IMG/VR virus record: IMGVR_UViG_3300031521_000009
Reading direction: 5' to 3' (one strand)
Length of the DNA: 64,000 nucleotides
DNA from: a virus
The notes under the pieces were generated by a model that saw only the letters and a program-made list of their open reading frames with translations, was not told where the DNA came from and ran no database searches. The stretch's first letter is position 1. Each line of letters begins with the position of its first letter. Position numbers and translations under genes: made by a program. Positions 1 through 8,983 of the stretch are shown here, in pieces.

Positions 1-377
1 ATCATGAGTTGATACGTGACATTGATTTGGACTTTAATATGCAGGAAAACCCTAATAGTACAATTCATCAAGTTTTTACTCCAACAGTAAGAAACATATT
101 AAAGAACAACGATCCTTTATTCTTCTTTTGGGTATTCAATTATAAAGAAGCAATAAACAATAAATTTATTGAAGTAGAATATAACAAACTTGCTCAGGCA
201 GAACTTCATGAATCTATCCGTAGAACTGTAGAAGAATTGAATAAGAATGAACGTGATAACTGGCAAGGTATGGTTCCTAATATTGATAACTGTAGCCAAT
301 GCGCGTTGCTATCTTGTCCTTCCCGAACAGAGAAAAAAAAAGAAATAGAAGAACAACAAAATTTCGAAGTCATTTAA
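1..377 (+). CDS. 5'-truncated ORF; probable C-terminus of a PD-(D/E)XK / Cas4-like nuclease
   Basis: Frame is open to the window edge (HELIRD...). C-terminal P-x4-CSQC-x4-CP cysteine cluster resembles Cas4/AddB-like exonuclease ends; located in the DNA-metabolism block. Confidence 0.45.
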   Translation, partial: HELIRDIDLDFNMQENPNSTIHQVFTPTVRNILKNNDPLFFFWVFNYKEAINNKFIEVEYNKLAQAELHESIRRTVEELNKNERDNWQGMVPNIDNCSQCALLSCPSRTEKKKEIEEQQNFEVI

Positions 378-574
378 TGAGTAACGAAAATATCAAATCA
401 GCTATGAATACCTACAATAATGCAATGTTGCTGCGTAGGTATTTGTTGTCTGACTATATCAAATCAAGAATAGATACAAAAGAGCTTATAAAGGGCATTC
501 AAATGTGTGAAATACTTATTATTACTAATGCATTAATTATAAATAAAAATGGCCGGATGGACGAAAGCAGATAG
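377..574 (+). CDS. hypothetical protein (65 aa)
   Basis: ATG overlaps the upstream stop (TAATG), so MSNENIK is preferred over the track start at 299. Confidence 0.6.
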   Translation: MSNENIKSAMNTYNNAMLLRRYLLSDYIKSRIDTKELIKGIQMCEILIITNALIINKNGRMDESR

Positions 575-1262
575 AGCAAAGTTTCTTGAACGATGTGATT
601 CAAGAAAGAATATAATGCCACAAGAAGTAATATCAACACAAGGTAGTCTTTTTGAAGAAGTCATTGAAACAGACAGTGTAAATCCTCGATATCAGAAATT
701 ACGATTAGTATTACTCTATCCGGAACTTGATACAAATGAAAAAGGTAATCCTATTCCTAAGCAATCAGCGCGTTTTATGGTTACCCGTTATAGTAATGGA
801 CCCAAGAAAGGAGAAATCCTTGTTTATCCAAATAAGCATACCGGTAAGCCTGATGTACTTATTAAATCATATCAAGATGCACGTATCACCAATACAGTAA
901 AAGCATTACAATTACAAGTATTGAAGCAACTTGGAGAAATATCATTTACTAAGTTTCGTGGTGCTGTATTTGTTACTCGTCTTGAATTTATATTTAAAGT
1001 ATCTGATTCGGCACCTAAGTACATGAAAGATGATCTTACTGCCGGTACTAAGATTTACTTTAAAGATACGGCTCCCGATTTAGATAACCTTGAAAAGATG
1101 ATATGGGATGCTATGCAAGCTGAAAAGGCTGAGAAAGATGTAAAGAATGCTCTTGTAGGTCTTGTGTATGATAATGATGCACAGATAGTATCTAAGAATG
1201 GTATTTTTAAACGCTGGGGTCTTAGGCCAGGCGTCATCGTAGAAATGGAAGGCCCAATTTAA
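549..1262 (+). CDS. rusA: RusA-like Holliday junction resolvase
   Basis: Motifs TAPDLDNLEKMIWDAM and VYDNDAQIV match the RusA signature PDxDNxxKxxxD...DDxQ. Confidence 0.8.
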   Translation: MAGWTKADRAKFLERCDSRKNIMPQEVISTQGSLFEEVIETDSVNPRYQKLRLVLLYPELDTNEKGNPIPKQSARFMVTRYSNGPKKGEILVYPNKHTGKPDVLIKSYQDARITNTVKALQLQVLKQLGEISFTKFRGAVFVTRLEFIFKVSDSAPKYMKDDLTAGTKIYFKDTAPDLDNLEKMIWDAMQAEKAEKDVKNALVGLVYDNDAQIVSKNGIFKRWGLRPGVIVEMEGPI

Positions 1263-1272
1263 TAAATATTGT

Positions 1273-1473
1273 ATGATTGAAATTAAAAAAGGAATTGTAT
1301 TTACTGATGAAAAAAAGGATATACAATATACTATTTCCTTAGTAACTAAAACAATTGTTCAAGTTACATATGAAGGAGAAATGGTTGAATTTACAAGAGA
1401 AGAATTTGAAAGTATAAATAAGTTATCACGATTTGAAACAGTGAAAAATGATAAAAAGAAAAGAGCTAACTAA
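1273..1473 (+). CDS. hypothetical protein (66 aa)
   Basis: Tightly packed ORF in the + strand operon. Confidence 0.65.
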   Translation: MIEIKKGIVFTDEKKDIQYTISLVTKTIVQVTYEGEMVEFTREEFESINKLSRFETVKNDKKKRAN

Positions 1474-1999
1474 CTACACTAATTCCATAAAGGAAAACAT
1501 ATTTGAAATATACGATAATAAAAAGCATCGGTTATCAAATGAATATTTATCATTAGATGCTATTAAAAGTCTTTGTGATTGTTCTCTTGCTAAACGTAAA
1601 GGTAAAGAAGCTAATTTTAAATCATTTGGATTAAGTAATAATGCCGTTGAACAATACTATGATTATAACTTTGAGGTATTCATAAAGGATAGTGTTGAAT
1701 ATTATCTTGCAATGGCCTATATTCAACTAATTGCTTATGGTTGGATACATGGTATGGAAATAAGTTTTGAACGCTCTAAATCGATTGATTTCATCCGTTT
1801 TAATTCAGCAGATTGTATTACTATAATAGTATCTGAACTACAGTTTGAAGAACATCCAAAAATGGAAAAGATAATTAATCAAATGCTATTTCTTATTGAA
1901 CTTCTTTGTCGACAATGGAAAATTGATTTACATTCTATAGTAGACCAAACAATAAAATATATTCAAGTAAATAATAAATACAAAATACATGAAGTATGA
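1448..1999 (+). CDS. degenerate MazG/NTP-pyrophosphatase-like helical protein
   Basis: IKDSVEYYLAMAYIQLIAYG and IDLHSIVDQTIKY resemble MazG-like segments (VEDELADxxIRL; IDLxxHIxxKMxYN), but the acidic catalytic residues are missing. Confidence 0.35.
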   Translation: MIKRKELTNYTNSIKENIFEIYDNKKHRLSNEYLSLDAIKSLCDCSLAKRKGKEANFKSFGLSNNAVEQYYDYNFEVFIKDSVEYYLAMAYIQLIAYGWIHGMEISFERSKSIDFIRFNSADCITIIVSELQFEEHPKMEKIINQMLFLIELLCRQWKIDLHSIVDQTIKYIQVNNKYKIHEV

Positions 2000-2373
2000 T
2001 TCCAACAAAATTTTATACTAAAGCAGAAGTTGCTGAAAAAGAATCAAGAGTAGAAGCATTGATATATCTTGTTCATCAGCTTGCGGACATACAAGAAGGA
2101 TATATTCTTGATGCAATGGAAATACTGAAAGATGTAGGTGATTACCGGTTCCGTATAAAACAAGATATTGATAAGTTGAAACACCTTACCGGAACACTTC
2201 GAGAAGAAGTATGGAAACGAAACAAAGATAATATTTCTGCTGTCGTATTATTTGGAGAAGAAAGTGAATCACTCAAAAACGTAATTGAGAATTTCTTCTT
2301 TAATCTTGATCTTAATGAAATGGTTCCGGCATGTACTGACACAAATGACATTTATCATGAAAAACATAACTAA
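1996..2373 (+). CDS. hypothetical protein (125 aa)
   Basis: ATGA overlap with the upstream gene; predicted helical. Confidence 0.7.
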   Translation: MIPTKFYTKAEVAEKESRVEALIYLVHQLADIQEGYILDAMEILKDVGDYRFRIKQDIDKLKHLTGTLREEVWKRNKDNISAVVLFGEESESLKNVIENFFFNLDLNEMVPACTDTNDIYHEKHN

Positions 2374-2671
2374 TCTAGCAAAGCAATATGCTACTGAAAT
2401 ACTAAAGAGTAATTCTTTTGATAGTATTCATAGTTTTATTGAAAATGGATATATCAATGGATTTAATAAATGTGATGAATTTATTGATATGACATTATTA
2501 AAGCATCCAATGAATACTGATATCATAGTAAAAACCCATAAAGGGAGTACTTACTTTGGTAAATTCATTTTAATATATGATAATGTTCTATTTCGACCAG
2601 ACCTTACTAAAGGTGATGAAGATTTAAAATTTGAATATATAAAAGAATGGAAAAACGTAATTAATAAATAA
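2357..2671 (+). CDS. hypothetical protein (104 aa)
   Basis: ATG start MKNITN overlaps the upstream gene end. Confidence 0.6.
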   Translation: MKNITNLAKQYATEILKSNSFDSIHSFIENGYINGFNKCDEFIDMTLLKHPMNTDIIVKTHKGSTYFGKFILIYDNVLFRPDLTKGDEDLKFEYIKEWKNVINK

Positions 2672-2676
2672 GTAAT

Positions 2677-2922
2677 ATGACAATAGATAATTCAAACAAT
2701 TGGATAATAATGACAACTGAACATGTTGTTTTATTTCAAGGGTCAAAAGAAATGATACAAACAACTTGGGACTGCAATACTCGTACATTAGAGGACTTAC
2801 AAAGTGAGTATCGACATCTTTATACTGCAGAAGTAATGAAGAAGATTTATGAAGAAGAACAGATTGATTACAAAGGAGAATTATTATTAATGGAAATACA
2901 TAACAGCTTAGTCAATGATTAA
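2677..2922 (+). CDS. hypothetical protein (81 aa)
   Basis: Operon packing and an A-rich start context. Confidence 0.65.
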   Translation: MTIDNSNNWIIMTTEHVVLFQGSKEMIQTTWDCNTRTLEDLQSEYRHLYTAEVMKKIYEEEQIDYKGELLLMEIHNSLVND

Positions 2923-3241
2923 AGTAAGAGATATCACCGAAGCAAAAGCAATTGATTTGTTTACTTCTCAGTTTGGAAATGATGTTCTTTCTCGTTTTGA
3001 TAAATTCAAAGAAGAAGTAAAAGAATTATATGAAGCATTTGATGAATATGAAACATATATTGCTAATGATGTTGTAATGCCACCAGAAGCATTAGAACAC
3101 CTATTAGACGAGTTTTCTGACGTTCAAGGTACGTTTACTCATCTATCTAGTTTATTTGGCTTATATCAACAAGAAATGCTTCATAACTGTATAGACAAAG
3201 TAACAGGTAGAATGATTGATCCAAACTATAAAAGAAAATAA
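2915..3241 (+). CDS. MazG-like nucleotide pyrophosphohydrolase
   Basis: KFKEEVKELYEA...LLDEFSDV matches the EExxE...(D/E)ExxD metal-binding motif of all-alpha NTP-PPases. Confidence 0.75.
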   Translation: MIKVRDITEAKAIDLFTSQFGNDVLSRFDKFKEEVKELYEAFDEYETYIANDVVMPPEALEHLLDEFSDVQGTFTHLSSLFGLYQQEMLHNCIDKVTGRMIDPNYKRK

Positions 3242-3242
3242 T

Positions 3243-3614
3243 ATGTCAACACTAGACGAAAAAGCAAAAGAAAATCAATATCCATACAATTATCCTAAAT
3301 TTGGAATGTGGGCTGTTGAAATAACAGAATATATAAGTCGTAATTGGTTTAAAAAAGGTTATGAGTTATGCAAAAAGGAATTTGAAGATAAGCTTCAATG
3401 GATTTCAGTTGATGAAAAAGAACCTGAATGTACTATTGAAGATGAAGGCATTTATTGGTCGGAATATCTTGAAATAAAAGTCAAAGGTTATAATCATCCT
3501 TTCATTGGTTATTATGTAAAAGCAAATGACGATCAGTTCTTTGATTTTATTCATAAAACAGTTGATGAAGGAATTAAACAAGAAGATATTACTCATTATC
3601 GTTTCATACCTTAA
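3243..3614 (+). CDS. DUF551-like phage protein
   Basis: WISVDEKEPE...ITHYRFIP matches the WISVxxxLP...VTHWxxxP pattern. Confidence 0.6.
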   Translation: MSTLDEKAKENQYPYNYPKFGMWAVEITEYISRNWFKKGYELCKKEFEDKLQWISVDEKEPECTIEDEGIYWSEYLEIKVKGYNHPFIGYYVKANDDQFFDFIHKTVDEGIKQEDITHYRFIP

Positions 3615-3652
3615 AAATATAAATTTGTATATAATAATTCTATCTTTTTATA

Positions 3653-3660
3653 TACATTTG
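3653..3660 (+). promoter_or_regulatory. Bacteroidota sigma-70 -7 element (TACATTTG)
   Basis: Matches TAnnTTTG. An upstream TTTG at 3624-3627 has longer-than-usual spacing. No gene lies between it and the terminator. Confidence 0.4.
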
Positions 3661-3750
3661 TACGTGTTATTTAAAAAGTGAGATTTTTGCAATTTTAGTT
3701 AGATTTTTTATACGTCAAAGAGACAGAATGCTGTGAAGTATGTAAAGCTC

Positions 3751-3799
3751 AAAAAGAAAGCCATCTTTCCTATTCGTAGGTTAGATGGCTTATTTTTTT
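3751..3799. terminator. bidirectional intrinsic terminator at the convergence of the two genome halves
   Basis: AAGCCATCT-tt-CCTA-TTCG-TAGG-tt-AGATGGCTT hairpin with an A-run on the left and a T-run on the right. Confidence 0.85.
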
Positions 3800-6700
3800 A
3801 ATTCAATTTTTCAAGATCGTCAACTTCTTTTTGTAATCGCTTAGCTCGTTTATCAGCAACTTCTTGATAGTGTTCTTTCAGTTCCTGAGCATTCATATCA
3901 TTTATTTTCTTACGTGCTGTCCAGTCTTGAAGCATGTTGTCATTATCTCCTAATAACTCCATAAACCATATAGCATCATATACTGGTCCAGTATAAGCAA
4001 ATAAACGCGTCCACTTCTTTTGTCCTGTCATAAGCCCCATGATGTTGTCTATAAGGCCTGACATTGGAACAATATTACTCTTTATGGAGTCATAGTTCGA
4101 ATAAGAAAGAAGTTCGCTATAAAGCCATGAAAGTTTGTCCTTATCTCTGTCACTCATTCCATTTGCTGCAAGCATGTTTATACCTACTAAAATAGAAGTA
4201 AAGAAAGTAGCACTAATCATTGACCGGGCAAGATTGTATTTTGTCATTGGGTCCATCTCTTCCAAATCAGAAAACTTCATATCCTTAGTACGAACAACTT
4301 TTACTACATCAGAAAGATAGTTCCACATAGAAGCAAGTGTTCCCTCTATCATAATTTGTTTCTTGATAGTTTCCCATTCATTATTTTCATTCAGTTCTGC
4401 AGTAACGTCGGCACCATAAGATGTCATTCTTCTACTACCAACTAAATTGAATATCTTCCCTGGCAAGAAAGTACGGAACTGAGTAAAGATACGACCCGAG
4501 AATGTATTCCCTAAAAGCATCTTTTGATATTCATCCATAGCACCAATAATATACTTGTCAGCATACCATTTGAAACGAGTGTTTACTTCTTCAAAATCAT
4601 AACCCACTTCCATATTTTCAGTATCTTTTATGATACCTTGGTCAATCATCTGTTTTGTCTTTCTATCCCAGATAGCTTGTTCTTTACCACTGATCATTTT
4701 ACCCTCTTTATCAAAGTAACGAGTATCTTTCAACTTATCATATTTCAATGTATCAGTTGTCTTATCATAGGTATGAGCTTCATAAGAACCATCATGTATC
4801 ATAAATCCGACCATGGTAGTTAGTCTGGCCGCGATATCAGAATAGTAATTACCAATATGTGCCAGTTGTGATTGGAAAACGTTCTTATCAATATTTGTTG
4901 TAAAAAATGACTCAATAGCTTCCATCTCACTACCATTTACTAAACCAAACTTCTTACCTAGCGCCATAACTTTTTTATGGTTCATAGCAAGTTCAAGATT
5001 TGCTTTAGTCATATCTTCTGGAGTAGGAAAGTTCAATCGTTTATTTTCATCAGTAAACATATTAGCAGCCTTAGTAGACAATGCTTCTATGATTTGTGAC
5101 TGAGTATTGAAATAAGCTGAACGTACCCATACAAGTGGACGATAACCAAGAGCCATGAAAGAATAAGCATTAGTGATATTCTTTACAATAGCTGCAGTCT
5201 TATCAGTAGGATCATCTTGTGACTTTCCTTTGATAATTCTGTCAGAATATTCTTTCAAAAATTCATTAGTATATTTCGTTTGAATGTTATACTCTTCTTT
5301 TAATATCTGATTCCATTGAATAGCTTTATTCATGGCAGGGATCATTCTATTCTCAATCTCAATAGTACGAATGCTATCATCTACAAACATGCTAAATACA
5401 TATTCTAAGTTCATAGTCTTTTTACCATAGAATTTCAAATCACCTTTGTATCTATTAGGTGTAGTACTGTCTGTTGGCATAAGTCCCATACGTATCATCT
5501 GTTGCTGTATAGACTGCTGAGATCGAAACCGTGAGTTCATATGTTGATAATTATCTGAAATCAAATCATTATCAATAGTCACATCTTCTATTCCGGACAT
5601 AAACTCAGAAATAGCTATTTGATCCCACCCTTTACGAACCATCTCTTTGTATTTCTTGTCGCGGAATAACTCTTGTTTAGTCTTTTCCAAAACAGGAATA
5701 TGCCCTGGAACCATTTTACTCAATAACTCATTACGCAACTCTTCTTCTTTCTTTGGCGTTGACCGGCGCGAGTTATCATGCATTGCATTGGCAAGGTAAC
5801 GTTCTTTTACTGTTTCAAGAATAAGGTCGGCCAGAGCAATATCTTCTGTAGTAAGTCCGGCTTTCTTAGCTTCTTCGACATTGTAAGATCCATACAATTG
5901 ATTATTGAGAATGATAGGAACAATATCACCTTTCTTATTCTTATCACTATCCTCAGTAAGCAATAACTCTCCTTTCTTGAATAAGTGACCAAATACTTTC
6001 TCGGGTTGATTACCGAGGATGTTTAATGACATACCACGCGATTCAAGTGATTTTGTCAGTGCATCATTAAACTTTGCTTTATAGTCATTCAATTGATTGA
6101 CAATAATAGATTTTGTTGCTTCGGCTTCTACAGAATAGTATTGAAGGATATCAGATTTAATATTGTGGATATTAGTAAACTTCAACCAAGTCTTATTGAT
6201 ATCTTTTACTTGTCCGTTATTGATACCTACACCTTGTTTGAACCATACAAGATACTGAGTAATCAATTTGTGTTCCGGATTGTTTATCCAATTCTTGTCT
6301 TTTATCTCTATTGCCCGGGCACGATCGCTAAGTAGTTTGAAATGTTCATAACTGTTGAAGTTATCAGTCATAGCATTTTTCTGTACTTCATCCATATTCA
6401 ATGATTGATAGTAAGCAGCATAATACGTTTCTAGCTTATCTCTCCAACTCTGGTATATACTATCCTCATTCCATGCTTTATCATCGCTTAAAAGCTCTTG
6501 AAACCATTTATACGATAATGATTTTTCATCCATGACAGCTTGTACTGATGGAAGAGTAAATAAATCTCTACCATTGGCCATTGCTTGATGAAGAGTAGAA
6601 AGCATACGTGGTTGAATAGAAGTACCATTAAAACCAATAACACCATAGCGACGTAAGGTAAGTTTCTTATTATTCTCTTGAGCAAGTTTATTCATGCCGG

Positions 6701-8975
6701 CAATAGTCACTCCGAGTAATACTTGTCGTATATCTCCCTGACTATTGCTCATATTAAACTTACGACCTTTTTCTGATTTGTCATTACCTAAGTTTGAAGC
6801 AAGTGATTTCTTATGTGAATCCATAAGGTTATCTTGAAACCCAAGAACGGAACCGGTTAAGTCAATAAGTGATACATCAACTTTGCTGTCAGACATAGTA
6901 TGTACTATCACAATAGGATTAAAACCAACAATAGCATCATTGTATAATGGTGCCAGCGCTTGTACGTTTGTCATATCCCGATAGTTCATAACAGTAGTCA
7001 TAGGTTCGTTTATACCAAGCAATTTAATAGAACGAACAATGTTCTCAACTACTGTATCAGAGAAACCATATTCAGAGAAAGTATCTTGAATAAGTGTTTC
7101 AAGTGGAACAGAAGTATCTGAGATATGCTTATTAAGTATTTCGACAATATTGTTGTTGAATGAGTTCATCATCTGCTGACGACGTACTAGCATTTCATTC
7201 TTTATACTGGCCATAACTTCATTGTCCGGCATACTATTAGGATAACTATACATCTTACCATAGTCAACATAGATACGATCCTTATCTCTTTGCCAAAGGT
7301 TCGCAAATATGTTTTCAACCATCTTTTCTTTTGCTTCCGGATTTTCAAAGTTAAGTTGTCCGTACTCTTCATTGTTGATAAGGAATGGAACTACCTCAGC
7401 GACATTCTCAATAGGCTTAAATCCTATATCAGCTTCATAGAAACCATCACTATAATAGTTCTTCAATAACTGTTCTACCTCTACCGGCCCAAAATCAATA
7501 ATCTTTCTACCATTAAGAATATCTTCTGTCAATGCATTGAAAATGTCATTCAATGTACCTTTCTCAAAGTTTACATTATCAAGTGCTGAGTTAGCAGTTA
7601 TTTTACCAGATACTAGATTACCTATTGAAGAGAATAAGCTACTGACAATATCATATACTTTTCTGAATATATCTTTTGATCGAATAGAAGATACATAGCG
7701 ATTGTTACGAGCAAGAAACTTGTTTACTTCTTTCTGTGAAGTCATACCACTTACTGCAGCAGCATATTCATAGAGTTGATGAACCTCGTCAAGCTGCCAA
7801 TACTTTTTGCGTATCGAGTCCATGATTTCTTTATTGTCTGCAATTGAATCACGTACTTTACTCATAAACTGATTGTACTTATATCCATCAGTCATTTCAA
7901 GAACGTGAATCCATACGTGTGTAAGCTCATGAATAGGAGTATCAACATTCATTGATTGAGTATTCAAGTGTATTCCGGTAGCATCTACCCACGCGCGATC
8001 AGTAGCATGTTCGGTATTACGTGTTGTCTCAAAACTTTCAACTTGTATTTTAAATCCCGGTACCGCTTTCTCCAATGAATGAATAAACGAATTAGTCTTT
8101 TCTGCTGTTGCAATAAACTCTTTACGTAGCTTGTAGTCTTTAATACCTTCCGTTTCTGCCACTTTCTCCCCTATCTGAATAGATTTACCCGACTTAGTGA
8201 TAATGTTGTCATTTTCGTCAAGTATGTAATCATTTTCTGATATAGTATTCTTAGCAACAAATTTTTTGAATCCAGTAATATCTAATTCAGAACCTAATTG
8301 ATATACATCATTCTTAGTATATATAGATAAAACTTGATTACCCGCATCTAATCCAACAACAGTATCACTATTATCAATTAATTTATCAATATCTATATTT
8401 TTATTTACCCATAAATTTTCTCTTTCAGTTTCTCTTCCGCTTTTATCTATAAGTTCAGCATCTAATTCAATATTGTATTTCCTTAAATCAAGTACATTGT
8501 TTGAATTTATGATAAATGGTTTTACATTTTTACCAAATACTTTAGCATAATTTTCATCCGGTGTAAAGTATTTCCCATTTTTATTATTTTCGTTTTCACC
8601 TCTAAATAATATTTCTTTGTTTTTGCTATCAGGGAATATACTTTCAATATATTTTGAATATTGTTGCTTAGTTCCAATAGTACTAAGTTTATCATTATCA
8701 TTAAATAATTGATCAACTCCATTTTTAATCTTAGTTGTATCTTGACCACTGAGAACAGAAAACTTTTCAGTAAACATATTCGCGCGATACTTCACTGCTT
8801 TATCTACACCATAGCGTTCCACTAACTGCTGGTATATTAAAGATGGATTCCCATCAGCCGTTAAGCTGACAGGATTACCATTGTTCTTTGCATAGATAGT
8901 ATGTGCTTTACCATCTCCGACGATTGCTGATAAGGCTTTGTATTCCTTATCATTTTTGTTAGGACATTTACTCAT
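3798..8975 (-). CDS. large virion-ejected (cargo) protein with an ART-like domain and a zincin metalloprotease motif
   Basis: 1725 aa, directly downstream of the vRNAP gene. HELTH at 7917-7931 plus a downstream Glu; FRG...GKYFT...YAKVFG ART-like segment; C-terminal hydrophobic helix. Confidence 0.75.
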   Translation of the reverse strand: MSKCPNKNDKEYKALSAIVGDGKAHTIYAKNNGNPVSLTADGNPSLIYQQLVERYGVDKAVKYRANMFTEKFSVLSGQDTTKIKNGVDQLFNDNDKLSTIGTKQQYSKYIESIFPDSKNKEILFRGENENNKNGKYFTPDENYAKVFGKNVKPFIINSNNVLDLRKYNIELDAELIDKSGRETERENLWVNKNIDIDKLIDNSDTVVGLDAGNQVLSIYTKNDVYQLGSELDITGFKKFVAKNTISENDYILDENDNIITKSGKSIQIGEKVAETEGIKDYKLRKEFIATAEKTNSFIHSLEKAVPGFKIQVESFETTRNTEHATDRAWVDATGIHLNTQSMNVDTPIHELTHVWIHVLEMTDGYKYNQFMSKVRDSIADNKEIMDSIRKKYWQLDEVHQLYEYAAAVSGMTSQKEVNKFLARNNRYVSSIRSKDIFRKVYDIVSSLFSSIGNLVSGKITANSALDNVNFEKGTLNDIFNALTEDILNGRKIIDFGPVEVEQLLKNYYSDGFYEADIGFKPIENVAEVVPFLINNEEYGQLNFENPEAKEKMVENIFANLWQRDKDRIYVDYGKMYSYPNSMPDNEVMASIKNEMLVRRQQMMNSFNNNIVEILNKHISDTSVPLETLIQDTFSEYGFSDTVVENIVRSIKLLGINEPMTTVMNYRDMTNVQALAPLYNDAIVGFNPIVIVHTMSDSKVDVSLIDLTGSVLGFQDNLMDSHKKSLASNLGNDKSEKGRKFNMSNSQGDIRQVLLGVTIAGMNKLAQENNKKLTLRRYGVIGFNGTSIQPRMLSTLHQAMANGRDLFTLPSVQAVMDEKSLSYKWFQELLSDDKAWNEDSIYQSWRDKLETYYAAYYQSLNMDEVQKNAMTDNFNSYEHFKLLSDRARAIEIKDKNWINNPEHKLITQYLVWFKQGVGINNGQVKDINKTWLKFTNIHNIKSDILQYYSVEAEATKSIIVNQLNDYKAKFNDALTKSLESRGMSLNILGNQPEKVFGHLFKKGELLLTEDSDKNKKGDIVPIILNNQLYGSYNVEEAKKAGLTTEDIALADLILETVKERYLANAMHDNSRRSTPKKEEELRNELLSKMVPGHIPVLEKTKQELFRDKKYKEMVRKGWDQIAISEFMSGIEDVTIDNDLISDNYQHMNSRFRSQQSIQQQMIRMGLMPTDSTTPNRYKGDLKFYGKKTMNLEYVFSMFVDDSIRTIEIENRMIPAMNKAIQWNQILKEEYNIQTKYTNEFLKEYSDRIIKGKSQDDPTDKTAAIVKNITNAYSFMALGYRPLVWVRSAYFNTQSQIIEALSTKAANMFTDENKRLNFPTPEDMTKANLELAMNHKKVMALGKKFGLVNGSEMEAIESFFTTNIDKNVFQSQLAHIGNYYSDIAARLTTMVGFMIHDGSYEAHTYDKTTDTLKYDKLKDTRYFDKEGKMISGKEQAIWDRKTKQMIDQGIIKDTENMEVGYDFEEVNTRFKWYADKYIIGAMDEYQKMLLGNTFSGRIFTQFRTFLPGKIFNLVGSRRMTSYGADVTAELNENNEWETIKKQIMIEGTLASMWNYLSDVVKVVRTKDMKFSDLEEMDPMTKYNLARSMISATFFTSILVGINMLAANGMSDRDKDKLSWLYSELLSYSNYDSIKSNIVPMSGLIDNIMGLMTGQKKWTRLFAYTGPVYDAIWFMELLGDNDNMLQDWTARKKINDMNAQELKEHYQEVADKRAKRLQKEVDDLEKLN

Positions 8976-8983
8976 AGAATTGA

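Noticed and set aside
1-377. Cas4 as evidence of a CRISPR-Cas system
   Set aside because: Only a partial Cys cluster is visible; solo Cas4-like nucleases are common in phage replication blocks and no other cas genes are present.
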